A stretch of 64,000 bases of DNA. Origin: an uncultured Alcanivoracaceae bacterium. GTDB taxonomy: Bacteria > Pseudomonadota > Gammaproteobacteria > Xanthomonadales > Marinicellaceae. The notes below the pieces were generated by a model. The model did no database searches. It was not told where the DNA came from and worked only from the letters and a program-made list of their open reading frames with translations. The translations under genes were made by a program, and so were the position numbers. The DNA lies in the NCBI GenBank assembly GCA_913061105.1, contig CAJXVJ010000001.1, forward strand, positions 12,676 through 76,675. The letters are read 5' to 3'. Below, piece after piece: positions 8,288 through 18,316 of this stretch. The first letter of the stretch is position 1. Every line of letters begins with the position of its first letter.

Positions 8288-9238
8288 TTATTTATGAAGT
8301 ATCTTTTTGATTTTTGTTATTATTTCTGGATTTGTGAGGTCTTTTTTATTGAGAATGGCATGTGCAAAATTATCTGCGGCAATTTCCTCTGGGTGGATTA
8401 TATATTGTGTGTTTTGTCCTACTTGTTCAAAAAACCCAGTGACTTGATTGTATGGATAGATAATAGGTTTGTCATCTTTGTACTCAATGGTTTTTATTGA
8501 ATCACCTGTTAAACTCAAAAAGCCAATATTAAGGTAGTTAAAAAAATGACCTCCATCATAATCTCGATTTGAATAAAGAATCATCATACAATTTTTGATT
8601 TCGCCATCAACTGTTAAGCTGATATAACTGTCTATTTGTGGTGCATCTGGATTAGTAATCCGATAAGCTTTTAGGTCTTCTGGATACTCAACATTGTTCA
8701 TTAGGTTAAACCCAAAAATCTGATACATTTCTTTTCTAAATTTAGGGTTGTTTCTGGTTAAAACATGAAATAATTCATGAGTAAAAAAGTGTTTTAGATC
8801 CGAATTTGGATCTGTAAAACTATTTTCATTGAGTACAATGTAATTGGCTCGAGTATAGCCGCCAGCACCACCCTCCTCTTCAGCTGTGGTTTTTACAATA
8901 TAAATTTCATCCGGATAATCAATTTTAAACCCTTGATCTACAATTTGTTTTTCTATCTCTTTATAAGTGGAAATAACCTGGCTTTTTTCGTCTGTTGTCC
9001 ACTCTCTGACTTGCTTGGTAATTAAATCAAATAAGTCTTCTTTTGTGCTTTGTTTTTTCTGCATTCTGGAATCAATATCAAATTGACTCCAGCTTCGCGT
9101 GAAACTGTCTTCTTGAGTTAACAGTTCTTTTGCTTTTTCAACTGATGCGAATTTTATTTTATCTACTAATAATTCAGCACAACACCCATTGACAATAAAT
9201 CCTATTAATAATAACCCTAATAATTTTTGTTTCTTCAT
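8288..9238 (-). CDS. lipoprotein with HExxH zinc-metalloprotease motif
   Basis: 316 aa. Lipobox-like IVNGC and an FFTHELFHVL (HExxH) motif. Confidence 0.5.
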   Translation of the reverse strand: MKKQKLLGLLLIGFIVNGCCAELLVDKIKFASVEKAKELLTQEDSFTRSWSQFDIDSRMQKKQSTKEDLFDLITKQVREWTTDEKSQVISTYKEIEKQIVDQGFKIDYPDEIYIVKTTAEEEGGAGGYTRANYIVLNENSFTDPNSDLKHFFTHELFHVLTRNNPKFRKEMYQIFGFNLMNNVEYPEDLKAYRITNPDAPQIDSYISLTVDGEIKNCMMILYSNRDYDGGHFFNYLNIGFLSLTGDSIKTIEYKDDKPIIYPYNQVTGFFEQVGQNTQYIIHPEEIAADNFAHAILNKKDLTNPEIITKIKKILHK

Positions 9239-9361
9239 TTAACTCACTTTTTTATATTATACAGAATGGCATAATTGCGATTTTTCATCATTGTAACATA
9301 GAATTAAGTGCTCATTTGTGTTGATAATAAGTGTTAATTGGCTTTTTAAGTCTATTTTATT

Positions 9362-10216
9362 TTACAGATTCTCTTTAACTGCTTTTCTCCAAAACAATAG
9401 GCCAAAACCAAAGGTGACAATCGCAAACATAATGCCGTTTTCACCAAGCCAATGTTCGCTTCCTTCAATTTTTGTTGTCAATGGTGGGAATATTTTCTGA
9501 ATATAAACATTGCTGACTGCATGAAATATTACCGCAGGCCATAAACTGTTTGATTTAAAGGTGTAATAGGTCATCATAAAAGACATTGATATAATAACCA
9601 CATAAAAACAAGCCATTTCTAGAACAATGTTATCGCCATAATAAACAATTATTGGCCAATGCCATGTTGCCCAAATAATACCACTAAAAAGTGAAACACC
9701 AGTAAATGATAACACTTTCCTTAATTCATAAATAAAAAAACCGCGCCAACCAATTTCTTCTCCTAAAGTCGTTGCCATGGCTCTTATTACACCTATGGTG
9801 CCTAATAAAACAACCCCAATAATCACAACATATGTTGGGCTTAATGTGCCTATTCCAATCAGACCAAGTTCTTTGGCCCACTCCAAAAGGCTTTCTTCAT
9901 TTGACATTGATCCTAGAGAAAACGACCAAACAAGTAATCCACATACCAAGGCATATAATGCTGGAATGATATATGACATTCTAATATATTTCCATTTTCC
10001 CCAACTCCAATTAAGCGAAGCTATCGGCCTTCCTTTTAGTTTCAATGTCATTATTGCTGCTAGCGCTGGTGTCCACATTAGCCCGCCGATATATATTCTT
10101 GAAGGATATAAGTTAACGATGGCATAATGAAAAACCGCGCTAAACAATGTGACGATTATCAAGAAAACACAAATGGTTTTCCAAGCTTCTTTTTTTTCGA
10201 TTAATTTGTTTGCCAT
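9362..10216 (-). CDS. CPBP-family intramembrane glutamic endopeptidase (CAAX protease-like)
   Basis: Polytopic membrane protein with EEIGWRGF and FHAVSN motifs. Confidence 0.7.
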   Translation of the reverse strand: MANKLIEKKEAWKTICVFLIIVTLFSAVFHYAIVNLYPSRIYIGGLMWTPALAAIMTLKLKGRPIASLNWSWGKWKYIRMSYIIPALYALVCGLLVWSFSLGSMSNEESLLEWAKELGLIGIGTLSPTYVVIIGVVLLGTIGVIRAMATTLGEEIGWRGFFIYELRKVLSFTGVSLFSGIIWATWHWPIIVYYGDNIVLEMACFYVVIISMSFMMTYYTFKSNSLWPAVIFHAVSNVYIQKIFPPLTTKIEGSEHWLGENGIMFAIVTFGFGLLFWRKAVKENL

Positions 10217-10295
10217 TTATGTTATTTTGTTTTGGTTAATAGAAGAACGAAAGGGTTTTTAGTTTGTTACAACGCTTTCTGTTCAATTGAGTGAT

Positions 10296-11203
10296 TCAAT
10301 CTGGTTCCCAGATAATGGTTTTATCATTGGTTTCATTGAGTTTAATCAAATAAGGTTTGGGTGTACTACCATCAAAAATGAGCTTTGATGAAAATAATAG
10401 TTTTTCATTGCCTAAAAAAGCAACCCAATGTGGTGTGAACGGTTCTGTTTGATTTAATAAGTTTTGTTGTTTTCCGTTTTCATCTATCACCTCGAAAGTC
10501 CTTTTTCCCCAATAAGCAAAAAGTAACTTACCATTTTTGTAATCTGCATCAAATATTTGGTTTCTGTTTAATGGTGTGCTTTTTGTGTCTTTACCTATCA
10601 AATTAAGCCATTGTTTCAATAGGGTACGTGTTGTACCATGAAACAAGCACTGTCATTCATTAATAAGATTAGATTAGGTGCCACTGCTCTTATTCTTTTT
10701 ATTGGTTGATCAAAATCAAAAAACTTTTTTGGCTTTTCTCCTTTTATCAATGAATATATTTCAGGATGCCTTGCAAAAACCATTTGATTGTCATTCAACA
10801 TAATAAAACCACCTTCCCCTATTCGCCAATCATCCTTGATCCAATTCCAAATAACTTTTGGTTGTGTATTGACAGTTGTTTTCAAGAGTCTCACTTCAAA
10901 GCTTTGGGTCGTTTGTAAAAACCTTCTTTCAACTATGTAGATTTCATCATTATTGTTGTATAGCATGAAGTCACTTGCAGAATGCTCAGATTGAAGAAAT
11001 ATTTTGGGTTCTGAGTTTTTGTTCCAGATCATGATGCTGGCTTTATGATTTGTATCATCAATTGGGTAGATATAGGGCCAAAGGACATCGTCTCCAACGG
11101 TTATCATATTTCCAGTTGGGTGAGATAATGCGGATATTGTTTGTATCAGCAATAATACTATTACAAATATGGCCTGTTTCTTTTTCGCGTTCATTTTTAT
11201 CAT
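10296..11203 (-). pseudogene. secreted beta-strand-rich (propeller-like) protein split by a frameshift, or two adjacent genes
   Basis: Two same-strand ORFs overlap by 31 nt in different frames: 10616..11203 (195 aa, signal peptide) and 10296..10646 (116 aa, only a TTG start). A TGA sits just upstream of the TTG in the second frame. Both halves have similar composition. Confidence 0.4.
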
Positions 11204-11395
11204 AATTTTAGCACAGTAATAAGATGTTTTTTACACGAATATTATTCTGCATCATCTGTGTATTGTGAAGAACCCCTGTTGTTTAACGTTTAGTACAATT
11301 AATGATACTCAAATCTAATAAAGCTTGATGTTAAAGATTGTCAAGTGTAAGTTAGTGCTTCTTTTTTACAAAGCTATTATATCTAAATTAATAAT

Positions 11396-12004
11396 ATGAA
11401 TGAAATCCTCTCAAATATTTCCACTGCCTTTTTAGCACAGTCTTGGTTGGAAGTAGTGGCTGTTGTTTCCGCGATCTTGTATTTAGTTTTGGTGATTAGA
11501 GAAAATATTTGGTGTTGGTTTTTTGCCTTTGTTAGTACAGCTATTTATGTTTATTTATTTTACAGCGTTGTTTTGTTATCAGAATCGCTACTGAATGTTT
11601 ATTACTTAATCATGGCCGTTTATGGCTGGTGGCAATGGCACACAGGAAATGATCATGAAGCTGTCATAATTCAGCATTGGCCCGTATCTAGGCACATAAA
11701 AATTCTAACCGTGTGTGCTTTATTGGTTGCTCCTGTTGGATATGGTATGAGCCAATTAGGCGCATCTTATGCTTACCTTGATGCTTTTGTGGCTTTACTA
11801 GCGGTATCTGCAACAATCATGCTGGCTTATAAAGTCTTTGAAAATTGGTATTATTGGCTATTGGTTGATACTTTGTCTATCTATTTGTTTTGGCAGAAAA
11901 GCATGTATCTAACAGCCCTATTGTTTGTTCTTTATATTGTTTTGATTTTTGTAGGCATTCAAAACTGGAAACGTTTAATAAATCAACAAACTAACGTCCA
12001 ATAA
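11396..12004 (+). CDS. pnuC: nicotinamide riboside transporter PnuC
   Basis: 202 aa, polytopic. The N-terminal WLEVVAVVSAILYLVLVIRENIWCW pattern and W-rich helices are typical of PnuC. Confidence 0.7.
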   Translation: MNEILSNISTAFLAQSWLEVVAVVSAILYLVLVIRENIWCWFFAFVSTAIYVYLFYSVVLLSESLLNVYYLIMAVYGWWQWHTGNDHEAVIIQHWPVSRHIKILTVCALLVAPVGYGMSQLGASYAYLDAFVALLAVSATIMLAYKVFENWYYWLLVDTLSIYLFWQKSMYLTALLFVLYIVLIFVGIQNWKRLINQQTNVQ

Positions 12005-12122
12005 AGAACTTTCTTTTTTATTTAAATGTATAGAAATTATTACGATTGCATGATTTATTGTAAAAAAGACCTTCTGTAAGATGTGAGATGACCTGTTTGC
12101 TTGATTTATCGCTTGACTCGTG

Positions 12123-12131
12123 TGATATAAT
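12123..12131 (+). promoter_or_regulatory. extended -10 promoter element TGaTATAAT immediately upstream of rnr
   Basis: A perfect TATAAT with TGn. Its last T is 7 nt before the A of the rnr ATG. Confidence 0.45.
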
Positions 12132-12137
12132 GCGCCC

Positions 12138-14327
12138 ATGAATAAAAACAAAAGTAAATACCCCTTTAATATCCCCGATCCTGATTTTTCCGAACAAGCC
12201 AACAAATACGAAAACCCCATTCCAAGTAGGCCAGCAATATTGGCTTATTTAACCAGCCATGAAAAGATTTTGTCATTGCACAAAATTGCCGATAAAATTG
12301 GCATCAACAATGAAATGCAATTAGAAGGCCTTAGACGCAGATTAAATGCCATGGTAAATGATGGCTCATTGTTTATTAACCGTAAAAAAGGCTATGGAGT
12401 TCGCGATAAAACCGACTTAATCAAAGGCATTGTTCAGGCACATGCTGATGGATTTGGCTTTTTGGCATCTTCTGAGCTCAAAGAAGACAGTTTTATTTTA
12501 CCGCGAGAAATGCGCAAAGTAATGGACGGAGACACTGTGCTTGCCAGTATTCAATCTGGTCGACGCAAAAATAAAGAAGAAGCTTATATCGTTGAGGTGC
12601 TAGAACGGGCTCACAAAACCCTGGTCGGCAAATTTTTTAATAAAAATGGCCAAGGCATAGTTGAACCTGATAATACTGCTATTGATGATATTATCATTCC
12701 ATCTGGAAGTGAAGCCACTGCCAATGATGGAGACTTTGTCACCGTACTAATCAATGAATATCCGAACCGACACCGTCCTGCCATTGGAGAAGTCATTGCC
12801 ATACTGGGACAGAAATTAAATTCACGTTTGGCTATGGAATTGACCATGGCTGCACAAAAATTACCACACGAATGGCCGGAAGATTTTGAGCGTGTTGTCT
12901 CTTATATTCCTTCTCAAGTGACCGATGAGGATATAACAGAAGATGTAAAGGACATCCGACACTTACCATTGGTTACCATTGATGGTGAGGATGCGCGTGA
13001 TTTTGATGATGCTGTTTATGCAGAGAAAAACGACAAAGGATGGCGTTTGATTGTTGCCATTGCCGATGTTTCAAAATATGTTCCGCCCAATTCTGAATTG
13101 GATAAAGAGGCTTTCAAGCGCGGAACTTCAGTGTATTTTCCAGGGAAAGTCATTCCCATGTTGCCCCTAGAAATTTCTAATGGCATTTGTTCGTTAAACC
13201 CGCATGTTGATAGAATGTGTATGGTTTGTGACATGCAAATAAATTCAATTGGGCAAATTCAATCGCACACTTTCTACCGAGCTGTGATGCACTCTCATGC
13301 CAGAATTACTTACAAACAGTGTTGGGATTATTTAGATAAAAATAACAAACAAGAGAAGTGGGACAACAAAATAACCGGTGCATTAGATACCATGAATGGG
13401 CTTTATAAGGCCATGACTGTAGAAAAATCAAAACGCGGTGCGATTACATTTAATTCAACTGATGTTCATATTTCTATTAATGCAGAAGGGCAAGTCTCAA
13501 GTATTACACCTTATAACCGCAATGATGCCCACAAATTGATTGAAGCCTTTATGATTGCTGCAAATATCAGCGCAGCCAAATTTGTTAGCAAACATAAAGT
13601 TCCTGCTGCATATAGGGTTCATGATACGCCCCCATTACAAAAGATTTCTGATTTAAAAGCCTTTTTACAATCTTTGGGAATAAAACCAAATTTCAGCGAT
13701 CCTGTTGCGCCAATGGATTTTGAAAAAATCATTCAACAAATTCAAGGTCGTGACGACGTTGCTTTGATTGAAAGTGTGTTATTGCGTTCACAAAGCTTAG
13801 CAGCCTATGAAGCCGAAAATGGTGGCCACTTTGGGTTAGCGCTAGAACATTATGCTCACTTTACTTCACCAATTCGACGCTACCCCGATTTAATGATTCA
13901 CCGTGCCATAGAATACATTATTAAAAAGAACAAGCCCAAAAGATATATCTACTCACCTAAAAAGGCCATTGATATGTGTATACAATGTTCACACAATGAG
14001 CGCCGAGCAGAAAATGCTTCTCGTGATGTTGATGCCCGTTTGAAATGCATGTTTATGGAACAGTATATAGGTGAAGAAATGGATGGCATTGTTTCAGGCG
14101 TAACCCATTTTGGTGTGTTTGTTACTTTGAACAATATCATGGTGGATGGCTTAATTCATGTCACTTCATTGCCCAACGATTATTATCAGCATGTGCCCAT
14201 TCAGCATAAACTGGTTGGTGAAAAATCAGGTTCGGTATTCCAATTGGCCGATAAAATCAAGATTAAAGTGGCCGCGGTTTCCATCGACCAAAGAAAGATT
14301 GATTTTGAATTTGTAGAGAAGTTGTGA
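12138..14327 (+). CDS. rnr: ribonuclease R
   Basis: 729 aa. The N-terminus (YENPIPSRPAILAYL…LEGLRRRLNAM) is collinear with E. coli RNase R. It has the RNB-domain motifs DGEDARDFDDAV and HFGLA…YAHFTSPIRRYPDL, and a C-terminal S1 domain. Confidence 0.9.
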   Translation: MNKNKSKYPFNIPDPDFSEQANKYENPIPSRPAILAYLTSHEKILSLHKIADKIGINNEMQLEGLRRRLNAMVNDGSLFINRKKGYGVRDKTDLIKGIVQAHADGFGFLASSELKEDSFILPREMRKVMDGDTVLASIQSGRRKNKEEAYIVEVLERAHKTLVGKFFNKNGQGIVEPDNTAIDDIIIPSGSEATANDGDFVTVLINEYPNRHRPAIGEVIAILGQKLNSRLAMELTMAAQKLPHEWPEDFERVVSYIPSQVTDEDITEDVKDIRHLPLVTIDGEDARDFDDAVYAEKNDKGWRLIVAIADVSKYVPPNSELDKEAFKRGTSVYFPGKVIPMLPLEISNGICSLNPHVDRMCMVCDMQINSIGQIQSHTFYRAVMHSHARITYKQCWDYLDKNNKQEKWDNKITGALDTMNGLYKAMTVEKSKRGAITFNSTDVHISINAEGQVSSITPYNRNDAHKLIEAFMIAANISAAKFVSKHKVPAAYRVHDTPPLQKISDLKAFLQSLGIKPNFSDPVAPMDFEKIIQQIQGRDDVALIESVLLRSQSLAAYEAENGGHFGLALEHYAHFTSPIRRYPDLMIHRAIEYIIKKNKPKRYIYSPKKAIDMCIQCSHNERRAENASRDVDARLKCMFMEQYIGEEMDGIVSGVTHFGVFVTLNNIMVDGLIHVTSLPNDYYQHVPIQHKLVGEKSGSVFQLADKIKIKVAAVSIDQRKIDFEFVEKL

Positions 14328-14346
14328 TTCAAGAGGGGAACTTACC

Positions 14347-15096
14347 ATGAGTAAAGCGCAAACAGAGTGGATATACGGGATTCATTCATTAGACAGTGCT
14401 TTGGCACAACATCCTGAAAACATCGTACAAATCGTTGTTGCCAGTAACAGCCGAAATCCTAGGTTAGATGGCATAATTGATGATGCAAAAAAAATAGGTT
14501 TACAGGTTTCCTTTGAGAAGTTACAGTTTTTAAATAAACACTGCAAAGAACGACATCAAGGCATCATTGCCTTAATTAAAGTGCCTAAATTACCTGATGA
14601 GTCAGATTTGAAATCTGATATTGTTGGCATAGAATCACCGTTAATTTTAATTCTTGATAATATTGAAGATCCAAGAAACCTTGGTGCTTGTTTGCGCAGT
14701 GCCGATGCTGCTGGTGTTGATTTGGTCATCTTTCCCAAACACAAGTCCGCAGGGTTGACTCCTGTAGCCAAAAAAACAGCTGCTGGAGCGGCTGAAAGTT
14801 TGAAAATTTATCAGGTCACAAACATAGTTAAGTCATTAGAAATACTGAAAGACAATGGTGTTTGGATTGCAGGAACCGATTTAACAGACGAATCAACCCC
14901 AATTTATCAAGCTGATTTTAAAGGTTCGATTGGAATAGTTTTGGGCAATGAAGGCAAAGGTATTCGCCCATTGGTTAGAAAACATTGTGATTTTTTAGTA
15001 CATATTCCCATGTATGGAAACGTACAAAGCCTGAATGTTTCAGTGGCCACAGGTATTACTCTTTTTGAAGCGACCCGACAAAGATCTGATCAATAA
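14347..15096 (+). CDS. rlmB: 23S rRNA (guanosine-2'-O)-methyltransferase RlmB
   Basis: SpoU/TrmH motifs (LDNIEDPRNLGACLRSA, GNEGKGIR, SLNVSVA) and the conserved position directly after rnr. Confidence 0.85.
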   Translation: MSKAQTEWIYGIHSLDSALAQHPENIVQIVVASNSRNPRLDGIIDDAKKIGLQVSFEKLQFLNKHCKERHQGIIALIKVPKLPDESDLKSDIVGIESPLILILDNIEDPRNLGACLRSADAAGVDLVIFPKHKSAGLTPVAKKTAAGAAESLKIYQVTNIVKSLEILKDNGVWIAGTDLTDESTPIYQADFKGSIGIVLGNEGKGIRPLVRKHCDFLVHIPMYGNVQSLNVSVATGITLFEATRQRSDQ

Positions 15097-15099
15097 TAC

Positions 15100-15275
15100 T
15101 TTTTAAGCAGTAAAAGAGCATTTATGAAGTAATGCAAATTTGGCATTGAGTTAATGGTTATTTAGATTGCTTTAGTAGCCCTCTTTAACAAGGCCTAAAA
15201 TCTGAATTGATAAGTATCAATGATGATTTTTAACGCAGTAAAAGGACATTTATGAAGTGATTTGAATCTGCCATT
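15100..15275. repeat. two ~48-nt imperfect direct repeats 127 nt apart between convergent rlmB and trkA
   Basis: 15100..15147 is TTTTTAAGCAGTAAAAGAGCATTTATGAAGTAATGC…. 15227..15275 is TTTTTAACGCAGTAAAAGGACATTTATGAAGTGATTT…. The second copy ends in the trkA stop codon. Confidence 0.6.
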
Positions 15276-16650
15276 ACATGTAGGTTGGTGAAACGTGGAA
15301 TAACCTTTCAATGTCATTAATGTTGCGTTTGTCTGTGACAAACAAAATAATGTGGTCTTCGTGCTCAACCATAACCTCTCTGTGGGCTATGATGACTTTC
15401 TTCCCTCTAATAATTCCACCAATGGTGGTGCCTGGAGGCAAGTTGATGTCTTGTAATTGTCTGCCAATCACTTTTGAGGTAGAAGCATCACCATGAACAA
15501 CCACTTCAATCGCTTCTGCTGCACCATTTCTTAATGAATGAATCCGTGCCATGTTGCCTTTGCGCACATGAACCAATAATCCACCAATGGTGATGTGTTG
15601 TGGTGAAATGGCAATATCAATTTGATCACGTTCGAGTAATTGTGCATAGTTATGTCGACTGATGAGAGTCAGCACTTTACCTGCTCCCATTTTCTTTGCC
15701 ATTAAGGCAGACAGTAAATTGGTTTGGTCATCGTTGGTTACCGCGCAGAAAATATCACATTGATCTATATTCTCTTCAAACATAATTTCCTCGGAAGTAC
15801 AATCGCCCTTGATAACCAGTGCCTTAGTGAGTTCTTCTGCTATAAAACGTGAGCGTTTTTTATTGCCTTCTATGACTTTAATGGAATGATTTTGTTCCAG
15901 CATTTTAGCCAAACTAAAACCGATGTTACCGCCACCTGCTAATATGACTTTTTTGACTGGTTTGTCGGTATGTCGTAAGGTTTTCATGACTGGTTTTATG
16001 TCTTTTTTTGCTGCAAAAAAGAATACCATGTCTCCGATTTTAATTACCGTATCTCCATCTGGAGAAATGGGCTTATTGTCTCGGAATATTGCGGCAACAC
16101 GGGCATCAACGCCTTCTGGCATATAATTATGAATTTCACGCAATTGATGACCAATCAAAGGTCCTTCGTTGTCTGCCACTATGGCTACCAATTGTGCCAA
16201 ACCATGAGCAAAATCCATGACTTGTAATGCCCCTGGGTAGTCAATCAGCCTTCTGATGTGTTCTGTCACCAACCTTTCAGGACTGATAAATACATCAATC
16301 GGCATATGGTCTGAATTAAATAAAGCAGGATAGTCTAGGTATTCTGACTGTCTCACCCGAGCAATTTTTAATGGTGTGTGAAAAATACTGTGACAAACCT
16401 GACAAGCAACCATGTTAATTTCATCGCTGTTTGTTAATGCAACAACCATGTCAGCATCTTCTGCTCCTGCTCTGGTTAATACACCAGGGTGAGAGGCATT
16501 GCCATGCACTGCGCGCAAATCCAAACGGTTTTGCATGTCCATAAGCTTTTCTAAATCGGTATCAACAACAGTAATGTCATTCCTTTCTTTAGAAAGGTGT
16601 TCTGCTATTGAGGCCCCAACTTGCCCCGCTCCAAGTACTAAAATTTTCAT
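15274..16650 (-). CDS. trkA: Trk potassium uptake protein TrkA
   Basis: 458 aa. Two Rossmann motifs (MKILVLGAGQVG and VILAGGGNIG), each with a TrkA-C part. Confidence 0.9.
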   Translation of the reverse strand: MKILVLGAGQVGASIAEHLSKERNDITVVDTDLEKLMDMQNRLDLRAVHGNASHPGVLTRAGAEDADMVVALTNSDEINMVACQVCHSIFHTPLKIARVRQSEYLDYPALFNSDHMPIDVFISPERLVTEHIRRLIDYPGALQVMDFAHGLAQLVAIVADNEGPLIGHQLREIHNYMPEGVDARVAAIFRDNKPISPDGDTVIKIGDMVFFFAAKKDIKPVMKTLRHTDKPVKKVILAGGGNIGFSLAKMLEQNHSIKVIEGNKKRSRFIAEELTKALVIKGDCTSEEIMFEENIDQCDIFCAVTNDDQTNLLSALMAKKMGAGKVLTLISRHNYAQLLERDQIDIAISPQHITIGGLLVHVRKGNMARIHSLRNGAAEAIEVVVHGDASTSKVIGRQLQDINLPPGTTIGGIIRGKKVIIAHREVMVEHEDHIILFVTDKRNINDIERLFHVSPTYM

Positions 16651-17981
16651 GTTTTCATCACGTCTTTGGGGTTAATGTTTAATACCCTTAACTTTCTATA
16701 GAGGTGGGTTCTTTCCATTCCTGCAACTTTTGCCAATTCGCCAACACGACCATCAACTGTTTTTAATTGGTGAATCAAATAATCCCGTTCAAAAGCTTCT
16801 CTGGCTTCTCGCAAAGGCAAATCATACCAATTGTGTTTTATATTTTGTGCCATATTGTCACCCTGTAACAACATAGAATCTACTTCTTCTTTAGATATTT
16901 CACCTTCTCCACCAAGAAGCTGCAATTGCCTCACTGTGTTTTTTAATTCAAGTATGTTATTGTTCCACTGGTGATTTCGGAGCAAATTTTGAGCAGCAAA
17001 TGACATTTTTCGATAAGGCGTATTTTCCTCATCAGGTAAGGTGTTTACATAATAATTTAACAGTTCAGGTATGTCTTCTTGACGGTCTTTTAATGCGGGT
17101 AACTCTAGTTTAACTTCTGCAAGAATTTCGTACAACTCACTTAAAAACTGTCCAGCCTTTACTAATTGACACAGATCGTTGGTACTAATGGCGACAATTT
17201 GAAAACCAATGCTATTGATCACATTTTGCTTATACAGGGCAAATTGTTTGTGTTTTAAAAAAGACAACAATATGGTTTGGTGGTTTAAGCTTAACAAATC
17301 GATGTTGTTAATAACCAAAGTTCCCTTTTTGGCTTTTATAAAATAACCGTTGTGCTGGGTTAGCTTTTCTTCAAATGCATCATCAACAGTCATTGCATCC
17401 AGAAGCACACAGGGTTCATTTTTTGCGTGTCTTTTATGATGAATCAACATGGCTGTGGCGCATTTTCCAACACCATTTGCTCCTTCAATAACTATGTGGT
17501 TTTTGGTTTTATATAATTTATCAAGAGCAGATCTTATTTGATTTATTGCAGGCGAATTTCCAATGGGCTCTATGACAGAGCCAATTGTGTCATTATTATC
17601 TGTAGTTTGTTCATACTGAGCCAAAGTATCGGTAACGGTTTGTAACAGTTTTGCTAGGGACAAGGGTTTTTCAATGAAATCTTTAGCACCCAATCTGGTT
17701 GCTTCAACAGCTGTTTCAACGGTCCCATGACCAGACATCATAACTATTGGCGCACTGACTAAATTTTTTTCATTCCAGCTTTTCATTAAACTAATGCCAT
17801 CAATATCTGGCATCCAAATGTCCAATAAGATTAAATGCGGCTGTTTGATATTTAACTGTTGGTTGGCCTCATCACCATTGGCCGCAGTAGAAACCGAGTA
17901 ACCTTCATCTTTCAAAATATCCGATATAAGGTTTCGAATATCTGGTTCATCATCAACAACTAATATATGCTCTTTGTTCAT
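16647..17981 (-). CDS. NtrC-family response regulator (REC + AAA+-like + Fis HTH) with degenerate sigma-54 activation motifs
   Basis: REC motifs VVDDEPD, LILLDIWMPDIDG and MMSGHG. The central domain has GANGVGK but no GAFTGA loop and no DE Walker B. C-terminal HTH is ELAKVAGMERTHLYRKLR. There are 4-nt ATGA overlaps with both neighbours. Confidence 0.75.
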   Translation of the reverse strand: MNKEHILVVDDEPDIRNLISDILKDEGYSVSTAANGDEANQQLNIKQPHLILLDIWMPDIDGISLMKSWNEKNLVSAPIVMMSGHGTVETAVEATRLGAKDFIEKPLSLAKLLQTVTDTLAQYEQTTDNNDTIGSVIEPIGNSPAINQIRSALDKLYKTKNHIVIEGANGVGKCATAMLIHHKRHAKNEPCVLLDAMTVDDAFEEKLTQHNGYFIKAKKGTLVINNIDLLSLNHQTILLSFLKHKQFALYKQNVINSIGFQIVAISTNDLCQLVKAGQFLSELYEILAEVKLELPALKDRQEDIPELLNYYVNTLPDEENTPYRKMSFAAQNLLRNHQWNNNILELKNTVRQLQLLGGEGEISKEEVDSMLLQGDNMAQNIKHNWYDLPLREAREAFERDYLIHQLKTVDGRVGELAKVAGMERTHLYRKLRVLNINPKDVMKT

Positions 17982-18301
17982 TTTGATTTCATGGGTATCC
18001 CAGGAAATTGTGCAATATTATCACCTTGTTTAATGTCGCGAATTTTGCATGATTTCTTTTTCTTTACTTCCTCAATGCGAATAACACTTTGCACTGGCAA
18101 ATGAAGAACATTAACGTTTTCAAACTCCTCTCTGAGTTTGTCTTCGGCTGGATCAATTACTATGCTTTGATTTTGATCAAAGACCAGTTCAGCAATATAA
18201 ATAAATCCATAAATTTCACTGGAAAACACGTCTCTGGCATACAGCTCGTAGACTTTGGATTTATTGATAAATACTATTTTAAAAAGGATACTGTCATTCA
18301 T
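17978..18301 (-). CDS. DUF1820-family protein
   Basis: 107 aa. FKIVFINKSKVYELYARDV…GFIYIAELVF…VIDPAEDKLREEF…VIRIEEV matches my memory of DUF1820. Confidence 0.55.
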   Translation of the reverse strand: MNDSILFKIVFINKSKVYELYARDVFSSEIYGFIYIAELVFDQNQSIVIDPAEDKLREEFENVNVLHLPVQSVIRIEEVKKKKSCKIRDIKQGDNIAQFPGIPMKSK

Positions 18302-18316
18302 GTCTTAATTGTACTC

